The notes under the pieces were generated by a model. It was given only the letters and a program-made list of their open reading frames with translations. It was not told the DNA's origin and searched no databases. Positions 1-9,430 of a DNA stretch of 56,518 nt are shown here, one piece after another (within the stretch, counting starts at the first letter, position 1; each line of letters opens with the position of its first letter). Origin of the DNA: Verrucomicrobiota bacterium (GTDB lineage Bacteria > Verrucomicrobiota > Verrucomicrobiia > Limisphaerales > RI-55). Position numbers and translations under genes: made by a program. Location of the stretch: positions 1 to 56,518 of the forward strand of contig JBDNGP010000160.1 of assembly GCA_041689265.1 (NCBI GenBank), given 5' to 3'.

Positions 1-569
1 AGTCAGTTTTCTGCCGGAGGCGCGCATTGCTGATTGGATTGGGGTCATAAAGTCTTCGGGCTTCAAGGTTGAACAGTTGGAGGAGGCGAAGAGGATGCTG
101 ATGAACTTGAACCAGTCGTCCGTGCCGGTGCGATAGCAGTGCATCGCGCAATGAAGGTTGACGGCGGGAACGGTCTTGTGTGCGTTGAGAATGTTTTGCA
201 CGTAGAGCATGTCTTTCATATCGGCAGAGCATTCGTCGTGAATGATGAGATGACGTCGTAGCCCTTCGCTCAATCGGAATCGTTGTAGATTTCGAACCGC
301 GCGGTGGTGCTGCGGTCATCGGTGTAGATCACGTCCACCACCACATGGGCGCCGACCTCGATGCCTTCCTTGAGAATTTTTTCTCCCGATCGTAATCATG
401 TCAGCACTCGCCGGTGATCAACAGGGCGCGGAGTGGTTGCGCAACCTGTGAGGACATGACATCACCGAAGGAGACAAACTAAGTCAGCACTGCAAGCAGC
501 GCGAAACGCGGGGACGAAAATAACGACAGAAAATTGCGGGGTTCGGCAACCGACGCGGGGCAATGGAAA

Positions 570-1499
570 TTATTCATAGAACGGAAAGAGTTTCTTCAGT
601 TCACCCTGGTCCGGTTGGCTGCCGTACTCACAGACCTCGAATGCTTCGGCGAACTTGACGTCAGGCACCGCCCCGGCCGGATACCATTCCTGCAACTTGT
701 CAGTGAACCGGGCGGCGATGGATTGATTGCGCCGGGAAAAATTCTGACGGACTTCCTGTCGGCGGACGGCTTGTTTTGCTTCGTTGCCGTCCGGGTAAAG
801 TCCCGCGTTTCCATTCGCACCGCCTTCTGCGAATTGTGAAATCATGACACCGAGGGCGTCCAATTTCGCATCCATGACGGGATCAATTGCGACGACAATG
901 TCGGGTTCAAACGGCGCCGGTTTCTCGAATCGATCAGCGTAGTACATGAATACTGGATTCTTGGTCATCGCGGGTACGTCCGGGCAGAAGAACGGAACCG
1001 TGACCATGTAGGCCGCATCCTGCATGAGCACACCGGTGTAACGATGATCCGGATGGTAGTCGTTCGGGCGATGACCCATCACGATGTCGGCATTCCAATT
1101 GCGAATAAGCCGGGTGAGCGTGCGACGGTTCTCCAGCGTCGGTTCCAATTCGCCGTCGTGAATATCGAGCACCACACCCTGGATGCCCAGAATCTCGTGC
1201 GCCTTGTCGACCTCCACTTTGCGACGCTTGGCGAGTGGTCCACCCGCCTCGCGCCAGTGTCCGATGTCTCCGTTGGTCACCGACACGAAGAGGACGTGAT
1301 GTCCCTGTTTTGCCCACATGGCCGCCGTGCCTCCGACCTGGATTTCGCAATCATCCGGATGCGCGCCAAAAGCGATGATCCGCAGTTTGCCGTCGTCATC
1401 AGGCGGCATCTCAATGCCGGGAATTTGAGCGTGTGAGGGGAATGCGCCAGACAAGAGGATGATGGCCAGCGACGAGAGGAGAGCAGTGTTTTGTTTCAT
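570..1499 (-). CDS. PIG-L/LmbE-family N-acetylglucosaminyl deacetylase, secreted
   Basis: Contains the AHPDDCE motif (IIAFGAHPDDCEIQVGG) typical of PIG-L/LmbE deacetylases. The internal Met at 1499 is followed by a signal peptide (MKQNTALLSSLAIILLSGAFPSHA), so the ORF start at 1583 is probably upstream of the true start. Confidence 0.65.
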   Translation of the reverse strand: MKQNTALLSSLAIILLSGAFPSHAQIPGIEMPPDDDGKLRIIAFGAHPDDCEIQVGGTAAMWAKQGHHVLFVSVTNGDIGHWREAGGPLAKRRKVEVDKAHEILGIQGVVLDIHDGELEPTLENRRTLTRLIRNWNADIVMGHRPNDYHPDHRYTGVLMQDAAYMVTVPFFCPDVPAMTKNPVFMYYADRFEKPAPFEPDIVVAIDPVMDAKLDALGVMISQFAEGGANGNAGLYPDGNEAKQAVRRQEVRQNFSRRNQSIAARFTDKLQEWYPAGAVPDVKFAEAFEVCEYGSQPDQGELKKLFPFYE

Positions 1500-1579
1500 G
1501 GCAGGGGTTTTGGTTTCAGACTTGTTTTGAGATGGAGGCAATAGGGGGTCACCGTCGCGCGTGTTCAAAATAGAATACT

Positions 1580-2437
1580 TCATGGGGTGGCGATCAATCG
1601 ATAAAAACGTTCGGGTGGCGATTCGTGTTGGATGACAACGGACTCCATCTGCCCTGTTCCGGTGGTCGCGGTTCCCAATGGCAGCCAGGTCGGTTCATGG
1701 AGGAGATCAGTCCACTGTGGCTGGCAGTTGACATCAGACTGGGTTTGCCAGCAAAGGCTCAGGCTGGATTGGTCCGGCACAATTACAAGGGTCGGCTTCC
1801 TGAACAGTTCAACGGTTGCGGTGAATGCGCCGCCATTGTCGTCATAGTAACCCGGCAACTTGGGAACAGTGTCACCCAGATGGAAGCCGTCAAAAATTCC
1901 CAGATAAAGCCGGGTGGCGCTCGATGGCACATGAAAGAGTCGGCGAGTCCCGGGGCTATTACTAGTCAGGCCATCTCCTATGATGAACCCCTGTCCGATG
2001 GCTGGCGAAAGTTCGTTGAAGTCCACTCCGATTCCAGATTCCCGGAAATCCAGTCTGTCAGGCGCGGGGTCCGTCGGCTCATCCGGTCCGAGGAACACTC
2101 CGGAGAGAGGGACGGCGACAGGACTCGTCACTCCGGCGATGCCTTCGTAACTTTCTGCGTTTACCGGATGGAGGACGCCGTCCGGCGGGGCGAAATCGCC
2201 GGGAGCTCCCTCAATGAGGGCACTCACATCGGTAAAGAAGACGATCTGATTCGGACCCGCATTGAAGTTGAACGCGGGTGGTAGAATTCCTCCACCGTGA
2301 GTTCCTGGCCCGGGTGCAACTGATTTACCGGCCCCAAAGATATTTGCGAAGCCGCTGACCTGAATGGTATCCGCGTGTACCGAGAAAGTCGCGAAACATG
2401 TCAGCACCAGGCAAAACGCTGCTGGATAAGTGTTCAT
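1580..2437 (-). CDS. secreted hypothetical protein with C-terminal RFYRL beta-domain
   Basis: Signal peptide from the Met at 2437 (MNTYPAAFCLVLTCFATFSVHA). Gly/Pro-rich. The C-terminal ~60 aa (SLSLCWQTQ...ERFYRLIATP) resembles the C-termini of the 11863..13500 protein and the N-terminal region of 18791..19861. Confidence 0.5.
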   Translation of the reverse strand: MNTYPAAFCLVLTCFATFSVHADTIQVSGFANIFGAGKSVAPGPGTHGGGILPPAFNFNAGPNQIVFFTDVSALIEGAPGDFAPPDGVLHPVNAESYEGIAGVTSPVAVPLSGVFLGPDEPTDPAPDRLDFRESGIGVDFNELSPAIGQGFIIGDGLTSNSPGTRRLFHVPSSATRLYLGIFDGFHLGDTVPKLPGYYDDNGGAFTATVELFRKPTLVIVPDQSSLSLCWQTQSDVNCQPQWTDLLHEPTWLPLGTATTGTGQMESVVIQHESPPERFYRLIATP

Positions 2438-2594
2438 TCTATATGTAGGAGAGCATTGGCATGATCCTAAAATAAACTGCCAGAAGTGCACGGATTTAGT
2501 TTCTCGGGAATCGCCTCAACACTCTGCCCGTATCGATCGGTTATTTGACACAGATGGCGTGATCTGAGACCACTCCGGCAAAAAAGGATCGCGA

Positions 2595-2891
2595 TCAGTC
2601 CGAGGTTTTCTGGCCTTCATCCCGGTAGAACATCCACGCAAAAAAGATGCAGAGGAAGTGGGCGGCCAGCAGGACGGCCCCGATTACCGCCTCGAGCCGG
2701 ACTTCGGAGGATTCCGCCGTTCCGGGTTCCAAAGTCGGATCGGTCGGATGATAGAATATCAGGAACAACGCGACCGGAGTGACGGTGCATCCGAGGATCG
2801 CAAAGGTGGTGAAGAATCGTGCGCGCGGCCGATCTGCCAAGTTCTCTGAGAAGGTTTTCCTTGGAACAGTGGGCGGCGCGGGGGCGGGCAT
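2595..2891 (-). CDS. small membrane protein (2 TM), hypothetical
   Basis: 98-aa ORF with two hydrophobic helices (VTPVALFLIFY ; AVIGAVLLAAHFLCIFFAWMFY). No recognisable family. Confidence 0.35.
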   Translation of the reverse strand: MPAPAPPTVPRKTFSENLADRPRARFFTTFAILGCTVTPVALFLIFYHPTDPTLEPGTAESSEVRLEAVIGAVLLAAHFLCIFFAWMFYRDEGQKTSD

Positions 2892-2904
2892 CGGATCGGT
2901 CGAA

Positions 2905-3309
2905 TCAGGGCTGACTCGTGACCATATGCCAGTCGACTCCCTGGTACGCGGCGTAGAGTTCGAAGTGCTTCTTGTTCTGAATCAGCACCGCGCGGACGAT
3001 GCTGGAGTCGTCCGCGTGACCGACGTGATGAATGAAATTGGGAATGATGCCGACCTTCTTGTGGGCGTAGATCAGGGCGAAGGCCGCTTCGGCGACAGCG
3101 AAGTAGGGAAGGTCCTTGTACACTCCCGCATAGGCGTCCTCGACGGCGCTGGCCAGAAACTCCAGTTGATCGATCAGATGCGGATAGTTCGGCGCGTTGA
3201 TCTGGGAGAACTCGGCTTTCCACATCGGGATTTCCCTGATCAGTCGTTCCACCATCTGAGCGGTGATCTGTTCCGCGTTGCGATTTAGAAATTTTGCAAT
3301 CTCAGCCAT
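2905..3309 (-). CDS. hypothetical protein (His-rich 4-helix, DinB/YfiT-like guess)
   Basis: Start taken at internal Met MAEIAKFLNRN. Coding-like composition. The IHHVGHADD motif is only weak evidence for the family guess. Confidence 0.4.
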   Translation of the reverse strand: MAEIAKFLNRNAEQITAQMVERLIREIPMWKAEFSQINAPNYPHLIDQLEFLASAVEDAYAGVYKDLPYFAVAEAAFALIYAHKKVGIIPNFIHHVGHADDSSIVRAVLIQNKKHFELYAAYQGVDWHMVTSQP

Positions 3310-3395
3310 GTCGCGAGTGTATAGACAGCGTTGATCAAGACAACAGCAATTATTAATCGGCGGCGTCTTGACCGTGACGGCGCGCCCTCGCATCT

Positions 3396-4790
3396 TTGAC
3401 GTCGTTCATGGCCCTGCCAAATTCCATCATCCAACGTTTGCGATCCATCGCCGGTGAAACGGCGGTGTTCACCGCTGACGAAGATCTGATTCCGTATGCC
3501 TTCGACGGCACCGCCGCGTTGAAAGAACGTCCCGGGTGCGTCGTATTTGCCGAAGGGTCGGAGCAGATCGCCAACATCCTGAAACTCGCCAATTGCGAGC
3601 GCATTCCGGTCGTGACGCGTGGTTCGGGAACTGGTTTGAGCGGCGGCAGTCTGCCGGTCAAGGAGTGCATCGTCCTTTGCACCGTGCGGATGGACAAGAT
3701 TCTGGAGGTTGATGAAGCGAATCTCACGTTGTTGTGCGAACCGGGTGTGACGACCATCAACGTTGCCGAAGCCGCCGAACGGGTCGGTCTGTTTTATCCG
3801 CCGGACCCGGGTTCGATGAAGATCTCGACCATCGGCGGAAACGTCGCTGAAAATTCCGGCGGACTGCGCGGTTTGAAATACGGCGTCACGCGAAATTACG
3901 TCATGGGTCTCGAAGTGATTCTGCCTGATGGCGAGCTGATGTGGATGGGAAACAAGTGCGTGAAGGACGTCGCGGGCTACTCGCTCAAAGACGTGTTCAT
4001 CGGCTCGGAGGGAACGCTCGGTGTCATCACGAAAGTTCTTCTGAAACTCATTCCCAAGCCCGCGACCAAAAGAACGATGGTCGCGACGTATGGAAAAATG
4101 GATGCCGCCGCGCAGACCGTGTCCGACATCATCGCGGCGAAGATCATTCCCTGCACGCTCGAGTTTCTGGATCGCACAACGATCCATTGCGTGGAGGATT
4201 TTGCGAAGATCGGTTTGCCTCTGGACTGCGAGGCGTTGCTGCTGATGGAGACTGACGGGCACCCGGCGGTGGTCGCCGAAGAAGCGGCGCAAATGGAAGC
4301 GATTGCCCGGAAAAATGGGTGTAAAGAAATTCGAATCGCGGCCAACGACGCCGAAGCGAACAAGCTCGCGAGTGCTCGGCGGTCGGCGTTCTCCGCGCTG
4401 GCCCGGCTCGCACCAACCACCATTCTTGAGGACGCCACCGTGCCCCGTGATCAGCTTGCACACATCGTCCGGTTTGTGGAAACGGTCGCGGCGAAATACA
4501 AATTGAAGGTCGGCACGTTCGGCCACATGGGCGACGGCAATTTGCATCCGACGTTTTTGACGGATGAACGAAACACCGAGGAGATGAAACGCGTTCACGA
4601 AGCGTTTAATGAGATATTTGATGAAACGATTCGCGTCGGGGGAACGATCACCGGCGAGCACGGAATTGGGGTGGCGAAGAAGGAGTTTCTGCCGAAGTTC
4701 GCCGGCGAAGCCCAGATGCGCGTCATGCGGGAATTGAGGAAAGCGCTTGATCCGCGTGGAATTCTGAACCCCGGAAAGATGTTCGATTAA
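3396..4790 (+). CDS. glcD: FAD-linked oxidase, glycolate oxidase subunit GlcD / D-lactate dehydrogenase family
   Basis: Full-length match to the GlcD/Dld FAD-binding PCMH domain (VVTRGSGTGLSGGSLP, GTLGVITKVLLKL) and the C-terminal FAD-oxidase_C region (GTITGEHGIGVAKKEFL). Confidence 0.9.
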   Translation: MTSFMALPNSIIQRLRSIAGETAVFTADEDLIPYAFDGTAALKERPGCVVFAEGSEQIANILKLANCERIPVVTRGSGTGLSGGSLPVKECIVLCTVRMDKILEVDEANLTLLCEPGVTTINVAEAAERVGLFYPPDPGSMKISTIGGNVAENSGGLRGLKYGVTRNYVMGLEVILPDGELMWMGNKCVKDVAGYSLKDVFIGSEGTLGVITKVLLKLIPKPATKRTMVATYGKMDAAAQTVSDIIAAKIIPCTLEFLDRTTIHCVEDFAKIGLPLDCEALLLMETDGHPAVVAEEAAQMEAIARKNGCKEIRIAANDAEANKLASARRSAFSALARLAPTTILEDATVPRDQLAHIVRFVETVAAKYKLKVGTFGHMGDGNLHPTFLTDERNTEEMKRVHEAFNEIFDETIRVGGTITGEHGIGVAKKEFLPKFAGEAQMRVMRELRKALDPRGILNPGKMFD

Positions 4791-4792
4791 TC

Positions 4793-5284
4793 ATGGCCAT
4801 CAATCACAAGTTGACGGAAGACGAGCAGCATCAGGCCGACGATGATCGTTTGAAGCGGGTGATCAAGTGGGCCGTGACCTTCAGCATCGGTGCGATGGCG
4901 GGGTTCATCGTGGCGGTCCGCCAGGTGAACCCGACGATCGAGATTCGTTTCGACTGGCTGGTGGTTCTGGCATTCGTCGTTGGTTGTGGGATGGGCTGGT
5001 TGTTTTGGCGGGTCATCCCCGACGAGGCGAACCAGGGCAGGGAGGGGAAGTCGAAGTGGCTTCCGCTCATGCTTTGGCTGGCCGCGCTCGGTGTCATGAT
5101 GGTTGCTGGGTTTGTGTACGGCATGAAGGATATTTCCAGCGCCAAACAGAAGGAAATGTATTGGGGCACCGGGATGGCGATTTTGGTCCTGTCGTTTCTT
5201 GGATTTCTTTTATCGCGTGCCGTGAAGTTTTTTGAAAGCGACCACCAGCGTTACCTCGACGAGCATCATCAGAAGGACGAATGA
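4793..5284 (+). CDS. membrane protein (4 TM) coupled between glcD and glcF
   Basis: Starts 3 nt after the glcD stop, and its stop overlaps the glcF start (ATGA). Four hydrophobic helices and no recognisable family. Confidence 0.5.
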   Translation: MAINHKLTEDEQHQADDDRLKRVIKWAVTFSIGAMAGFIVAVRQVNPTIEIRFDWLVVLAFVVGCGMGWLFWRVIPDEANQGREGKSKWLPLMLWLAALGVMMVAGFVYGMKDISSAKQKEMYWGTGMAILVLSFLGFLLSRAVKFFESDHQRYLDEHHQKDE

Positions 5285-6585
5285 GTTCAACCGTGTCGCA
5301 TCTTAAAGACCTTGATTACTCTGTCGTGCAACAGTGCATGCACTGCGGCATGTGCCTGCCGACGTGCCCGACGTACGACGCTACCAAGCTCGAACGAAAC
5401 AGCCCGCGCGGTCGCATCGCGCTGATGCGGGCGATTGCCGATGATCAGCTCGAAGCAACGAAAGCGTTCGCGGACGAAATGTCATTCTGCCTCGGTTGCC
5501 TCGCCTGTACGACGGCGTGTCCGGCGGGCGTGAACTACGCCGAACTGTTTGAACACGCCCGTGCCGAAGTGGAACGGAGCGAGGTCAAGAAGTCGACCTG
5601 GCGTCAGACCATTCGCGGCGTGACGATTCACTGGCTGTTCATGAAACCGGCCCGGCTCCGGCTCGTCGGTCGCATGCTCCGGGCCTGGCAACAACTTGGC
5701 TTCCAATTGTTTTTCCGAAAGTCCGGCTTGCTGAAATTGCTTCCCAAACGGATGCAAGAACTGGAATCAATGACCCCGACGATTGAATCCAAATTCTCTG
5801 ACGAACAGATTCCGGAGACGATGGCGGCACTCGGCGCACAGCGGTATCGCGTCGCGTTGTTGACCGGTTGTGCGCAGGATTTAATCTTCAGTTCCGTGAA
5901 TCGCGACACCGCTGAAGTGCTCGTGAGAAACGGCTGTGAAGTCGTGACACCCCGGGTGCAGAGTTGTTGTGGATCGTTGCACGCGCACAACGGCGAACTG
6001 GAGGCCGCCGGCACCCTCGCGCGGCGGATGATTGAAGAAATTCCGCCGGAGAAATATGACGCCATCATTACCAACGCGGCCGGTTGTGGTTCACATCTGA
6101 AACACTATTCCAGTCTGCTGAAGGACGATCCAGAGTTTGCCGGACGGGCCGCGCTGTGGGATCGGAAAGTGAAGGACATTCAGGAATGGCTGATTGTCAT
6201 CGGACTGGAAGCGCCGCAATCGAACAAGCCGGTTCCGGAAAAAGTGACCTACCACGAGGCGTGTCATTTGTGTCACGGCCAGAAGATCACCGCGCAGCCG
6301 CGCGAAGTGCTGAAGAAAATTCCCGGCTTGGAACTGGTTGAACTGCCCGAAAGCACATGGTGCTGCGGCAGCGCCGGCGTTTACAATCTGACTCAGCCCC
6401 AGATGGCGAACGACCTTCTTGAACGCAAGATCAAGCACATCAAATCGACCGGCGCGTCAACCGTCGCCACCGCGAACCCCGGTTGCCTGCTGCACATTCA
6501 GAATGGCATGAAGAAAAGCGGCGATCCGATCCGGCTCGTCCATCCGGTGACGTTGCTCGCGGAGGCATATCGCGGCGAATCGTAA
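5281..6585 (+). CDS. glcF: glycolate oxidase iron-sulfur subunit GlcF (2x 4Fe-4S, CCG domains)
   Basis: CMHCGMCLPTCP and CLGCLACTTACP ferredoxin motifs. C-terminal cysteine-rich CCG-domain pattern (CCGS...GC). Confidence 0.85.
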   Translation: MSSTVSHLKDLDYSVVQQCMHCGMCLPTCPTYDATKLERNSPRGRIALMRAIADDQLEATKAFADEMSFCLGCLACTTACPAGVNYAELFEHARAEVERSEVKKSTWRQTIRGVTIHWLFMKPARLRLVGRMLRAWQQLGFQLFFRKSGLLKLLPKRMQELESMTPTIESKFSDEQIPETMAALGAQRYRVALLTGCAQDLIFSSVNRDTAEVLVRNGCEVVTPRVQSCCGSLHAHNGELEAAGTLARRMIEEIPPEKYDAIITNAAGCGSHLKHYSSLLKDDPEFAGRAALWDRKVKDIQEWLIVIGLEAPQSNKPVPEKVTYHEACHLCHGQKITAQPREVLKKIPGLELVELPESTWCCGSAGVYNLTQPQMANDLLERKIKHIKSTGASTVATANPGCLLHIQNGMKKSGDPIRLVHPVTLLAEAYRGES

Positions 6586-6620
6586 GCCATCTGGGACCGG
6601 CACGACCGGGAGAGCGGGGA

Positions 6621-7349
6621 TCACCAGACGCCGAGTTGCTTCAGTTTTTTTTCAGCAGCGTCTCCCCAACCTCGATTCGCTGCCGGGCTGGCGGGGCTGG
6701 GGTGAAGGATGGTCGCGATGCGCGGGTCCTTTTTGCCAAAGATTCTGTGGAAACACTTTTCAGCAAAACCGCCCACGCCAATCAGGTGTTCGGGTGTGAG
6801 GGCATCGACAACGCGTTTCAGATGTTGATCGCAGATGTCGAACAGCGGCCCGATCTCGGCGGCGGGCAGTTTGTCGGGAGTGCGATTGCGGCCGCTCTCC
6901 TCCATGAAAACCAGCGGGCAGTAATTGACGACGAAGTGGTGCGCAAAAAAGTCTGCGGCGACGGGATATTTCTCCGAGAACAGGCCCCAGAGTCGCCGTC
7001 CGCTTACTTCGGATCGTGTGCAGTCGAAACCCTCAATCGGTCGTGCCGGGTGTTCGTTCTTCGGTGCGGACACGGGTTCATTCACACCGATCCAGTCGCG
7101 AACCGCCGCGATCTCGCCGAAGGGAACACCGGTTTGCGCCATGCCGAACGGACCGGGGTTCATCCCGAGAAACAGGACCCTCTTCCGGCTGTTGCCGTGA
7201 CGTTTCAGAAACGCCTCGTGCGCCCGCCACGCGTAATCGAGCGGATTGTAAACGTGCGTCACCGGCGCGGCGAACGAGAGCCGGTCCACACCGTCCCGTA
7301 GTTCTGCGGCGGCTGCGATCAATTCCTTCGAAATGTTTGGGGTGGCCAT
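6621..7349 (-). CDS. SMUG1-like (family 3) uracil-DNA glycosylase
   Basis: LFLGMNPGPFGMAQTGVPFG matches the SMUG1 GMNPGP active-site motif. Start taken at the internal MATPNISKE. Confidence 0.75.
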   Translation of the reverse strand: MATPNISKELIAAAAELRDGVDRLSFAAPVTHVYNPLDYAWRAHEAFLKRHGNSRKRVLFLGMNPGPFGMAQTGVPFGEIAAVRDWIGVNEPVSAPKNEHPARPIEGFDCTRSEVSGRRLWGLFSEKYPVAADFFAHHFVVNYCPLVFMEESGRNRTPDKLPAAEIGPLFDICDQHLKRVVDALTPEHLIGVGGFAEKCFHRIFGKKDPRIATILHPSPASPAANRGWGDAAEKKLKQLGVW

Positions 7350-7446
7350 GCGGCCGTGGTTTTGGCGCAAGCGAGCGGATGAATCAAAGAGAATTTGTAG
7401 GACGAACTTCTGGATTCCGCCAGCCCAGTTCGCCATACTGTGCCTC

Positions 7447-8982
7447 ATGCTTTCCCCGTTACGAACTATGGTTCAACTCGCGAGCGTGGTGATCGGAATT
7501 ATTGTGCTGAGTTCTAGCGCGAACTCAAAACCTGCGAACATCGTGATCATTTACGCCGACGATCTGGGTTACGGCGACGTCGGTGCCTACGGCGCAACTG
7601 CGGTGAAGACGCCGAACATGGACCGACTGGCGCGTGAAGGTCTGCTATTCACTGATGGTCACGCGCCATCGGCGACCTGCACGCCGTCCCGTTACGCGAT
7701 GCTCACGGGCGAGTACGCCTGGCGCCAACAGGGAACTGGGATTGCCCGTGGTGACGCCGGGGCCATCATTCAACCGGGTCGAACCACGCTGGCAAGCATC
7801 CTCCGGGATGCAGGCTACCGAACGGGGGTGGTCGGGAAATGGCATCTTGGCCTGGGCCCGGGACCCGGCAAAACAGACTGGAACAGCGAGATCAAACCCG
7901 GGCCGTTGGAAATCGGTTTTGATTATTGCTACTTGATGCCCGCGACCGGCGACCGCGTGCCGTGTGTGTTCGTCGAGAATCATCGGGTGGTTGATCTGGA
8001 CGCGAATGATCCAATCAGGGTTAGTTTTGACGGCCCAGTCGGCGACGAACCCACCGGCAAGGCTCATCCCGAGCTTCTGCGCATGCATCCAAGTCACGGT
8101 CATGACCAGACGATCATCAACGGGATCAGTCGCATCGGTTATATGGAAGGCGGTAAATCGGCCCGTTGGGTGGATCAGGACATCGCCGACCGGTTTGTTG
8201 ATCAGGCCGTCGGATTCATTGACCGTAATGCCGGGAACCCGTTCTTCCTCTACTTTTCGCTTCACGACATCCACGTCCCGCGCGCACCGCATCGCCGGTT
8301 TGTCGGCGCCACGGACATGGGGCCACGGGGAGATGCGATCGCGGAATTCGATTGGTGCGTGGGAGAAATACTGAGCGCTCTGGATCGATTGAAACTCGTC
8401 GACGACACCCTCGTGATTTTGACCAGCGACAATGGCCCGGTGGTGGACGACGGCTATCGCGATGATGCGGTAACACGGTTGGGTGACCACAAACCGGCCG
8501 GACCCTTCCGTGGCGGCAAATACAGCAACTTCGAAGGTGGCACACGGGTGCCGTGGATCGTGCGTTGGCCACAGCAAATCAAGCCCGGTGTCAGCGATGC
8601 GCTCATCTGCCAGGTCGATTTGCCGGCAAGTCTCGCGAAGTTGACGAATCAATCGCTGGCCGAAGGTGCCGCGCCGGATAGTTATGATATTTCTGCGGCG
8701 TTGTTGGGTGATTCCGAAACGGGGCGCGATCATCTGGTGGAACACGCGGGAAGGACGTCTTTGCGTGTGGGAAAATGGAAATACATCCCGCCGTCGAACG
8801 CTGCAAAAATCAACAAACAAACGAACACGGAACTCGGCAATGATCCTCAGCCGCAACTCTACGATTTGAGCAAGGATCCGGGTGAAACTGACAACCTCGC
8901 GACCCAGTTCCCGGACCGGATAAAGCAGATGTCCGAACAGTTGGAACAGATCAAAGCTGCGGGGTTTTCGGTCAAACGCTGA
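7447..8982 (+). CDS. Cys-type sulfatase (arylsulfatase A family), secreted
   Basis: IIYADDLGYGDVGAYG and CTPSRYAMLTG (CxPxR formylglycine motif). Signal peptide from MLSPLRTMVQLASVVIGIIVLSSSANS. The C-terminal sulfatase domain is intact. Confidence 0.85.
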   Translation: MLSPLRTMVQLASVVIGIIVLSSSANSKPANIVIIYADDLGYGDVGAYGATAVKTPNMDRLAREGLLFTDGHAPSATCTPSRYAMLTGEYAWRQQGTGIARGDAGAIIQPGRTTLASILRDAGYRTGVVGKWHLGLGPGPGKTDWNSEIKPGPLEIGFDYCYLMPATGDRVPCVFVENHRVVDLDANDPIRVSFDGPVGDEPTGKAHPELLRMHPSHGHDQTIINGISRIGYMEGGKSARWVDQDIADRFVDQAVGFIDRNAGNPFFLYFSLHDIHVPRAPHRRFVGATDMGPRGDAIAEFDWCVGEILSALDRLKLVDDTLVILTSDNGPVVDDGYRDDAVTRLGDHKPAGPFRGGKYSNFEGGTRVPWIVRWPQQIKPGVSDALICQVDLPASLAKLTNQSLAEGAAPDSYDISAALLGDSETGRDHLVEHAGRTSLRVGKWKYIPPSNAAKINKQTNTELGNDPQPQLYDLSKDPGETDNLATQFPDRIKQMSEQLEQIKAAGFSVKR

Positions 8983-9035
8983 TTTGGAAAAGTTTCGCTG
9001 GCCATAGTCGAAAATTGAATTTATAACCCATACCC

Positions 9036-9365
9036 ATGTCCCCGGGCTTTGAGTTTCTTATTGTGTTCGAGAGCTTTGATTTAGGGGAGCTACAAATGTA
9101 CCTCCGCAAATTTCCTGACCGGCCAAGTGCCCGTGATGGCAGCCCTCATTTCGAGGCAAGGGTTGAAAAAGAGGGTATTTATTTCCACGATATTGCCCGG
9201 TCCGATTACAGCGCAAAAACATTCCGCATGATGGTGGAACTCGCGTTGGAATTCTCCGAGGTGAAAGTGAATGGGTTCGGTGTGGCTGACATTCCCCAGA
9301 TGCCGCCTTCGCTCATTCGCCAGTGCCGGAGTCCGCGACAACAGACTCAGATCCGCGTCGAATAG
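9036..9365 (+). CDS. hypothetical small protein in low-GC convergent gap
   Basis: 109-aa ORF with protein-like composition and lower GC than its surroundings. No family recognised. Confidence 0.25.
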   Translation: MSPGFEFLIVFESFDLGELQMYLRKFPDRPSARDGSPHFEARVEKEGIYFHDIARSDYSAKTFRMMVELALEFSEVKVNGFGVADIPQMPPSLIRQCRSPRQQTQIRVE

Positions 9366-9430
9366 CGTCTTCTTCCGAACGAACTTTGGTCTTTCGCTTT
9401 CAGGCCGTTTCGCCCACCGAAGGCGGCCTG

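Noticed and set aside
3285-4661. 458-aa minus-strand ORF inside glcD
   Set aside because: Antisense shadow ORF typical of high-GC DNA. Arg/Ala-rich, low-complexity translation. The opposite strand has an unambiguous GlcD match.
7333-7446. Upstream extension of the sulfatase ORF (start at 7333)
   Set aside because: The extension overlaps the divergent UDG gene start and precedes the signal peptide. The true start is most likely Met 7447.
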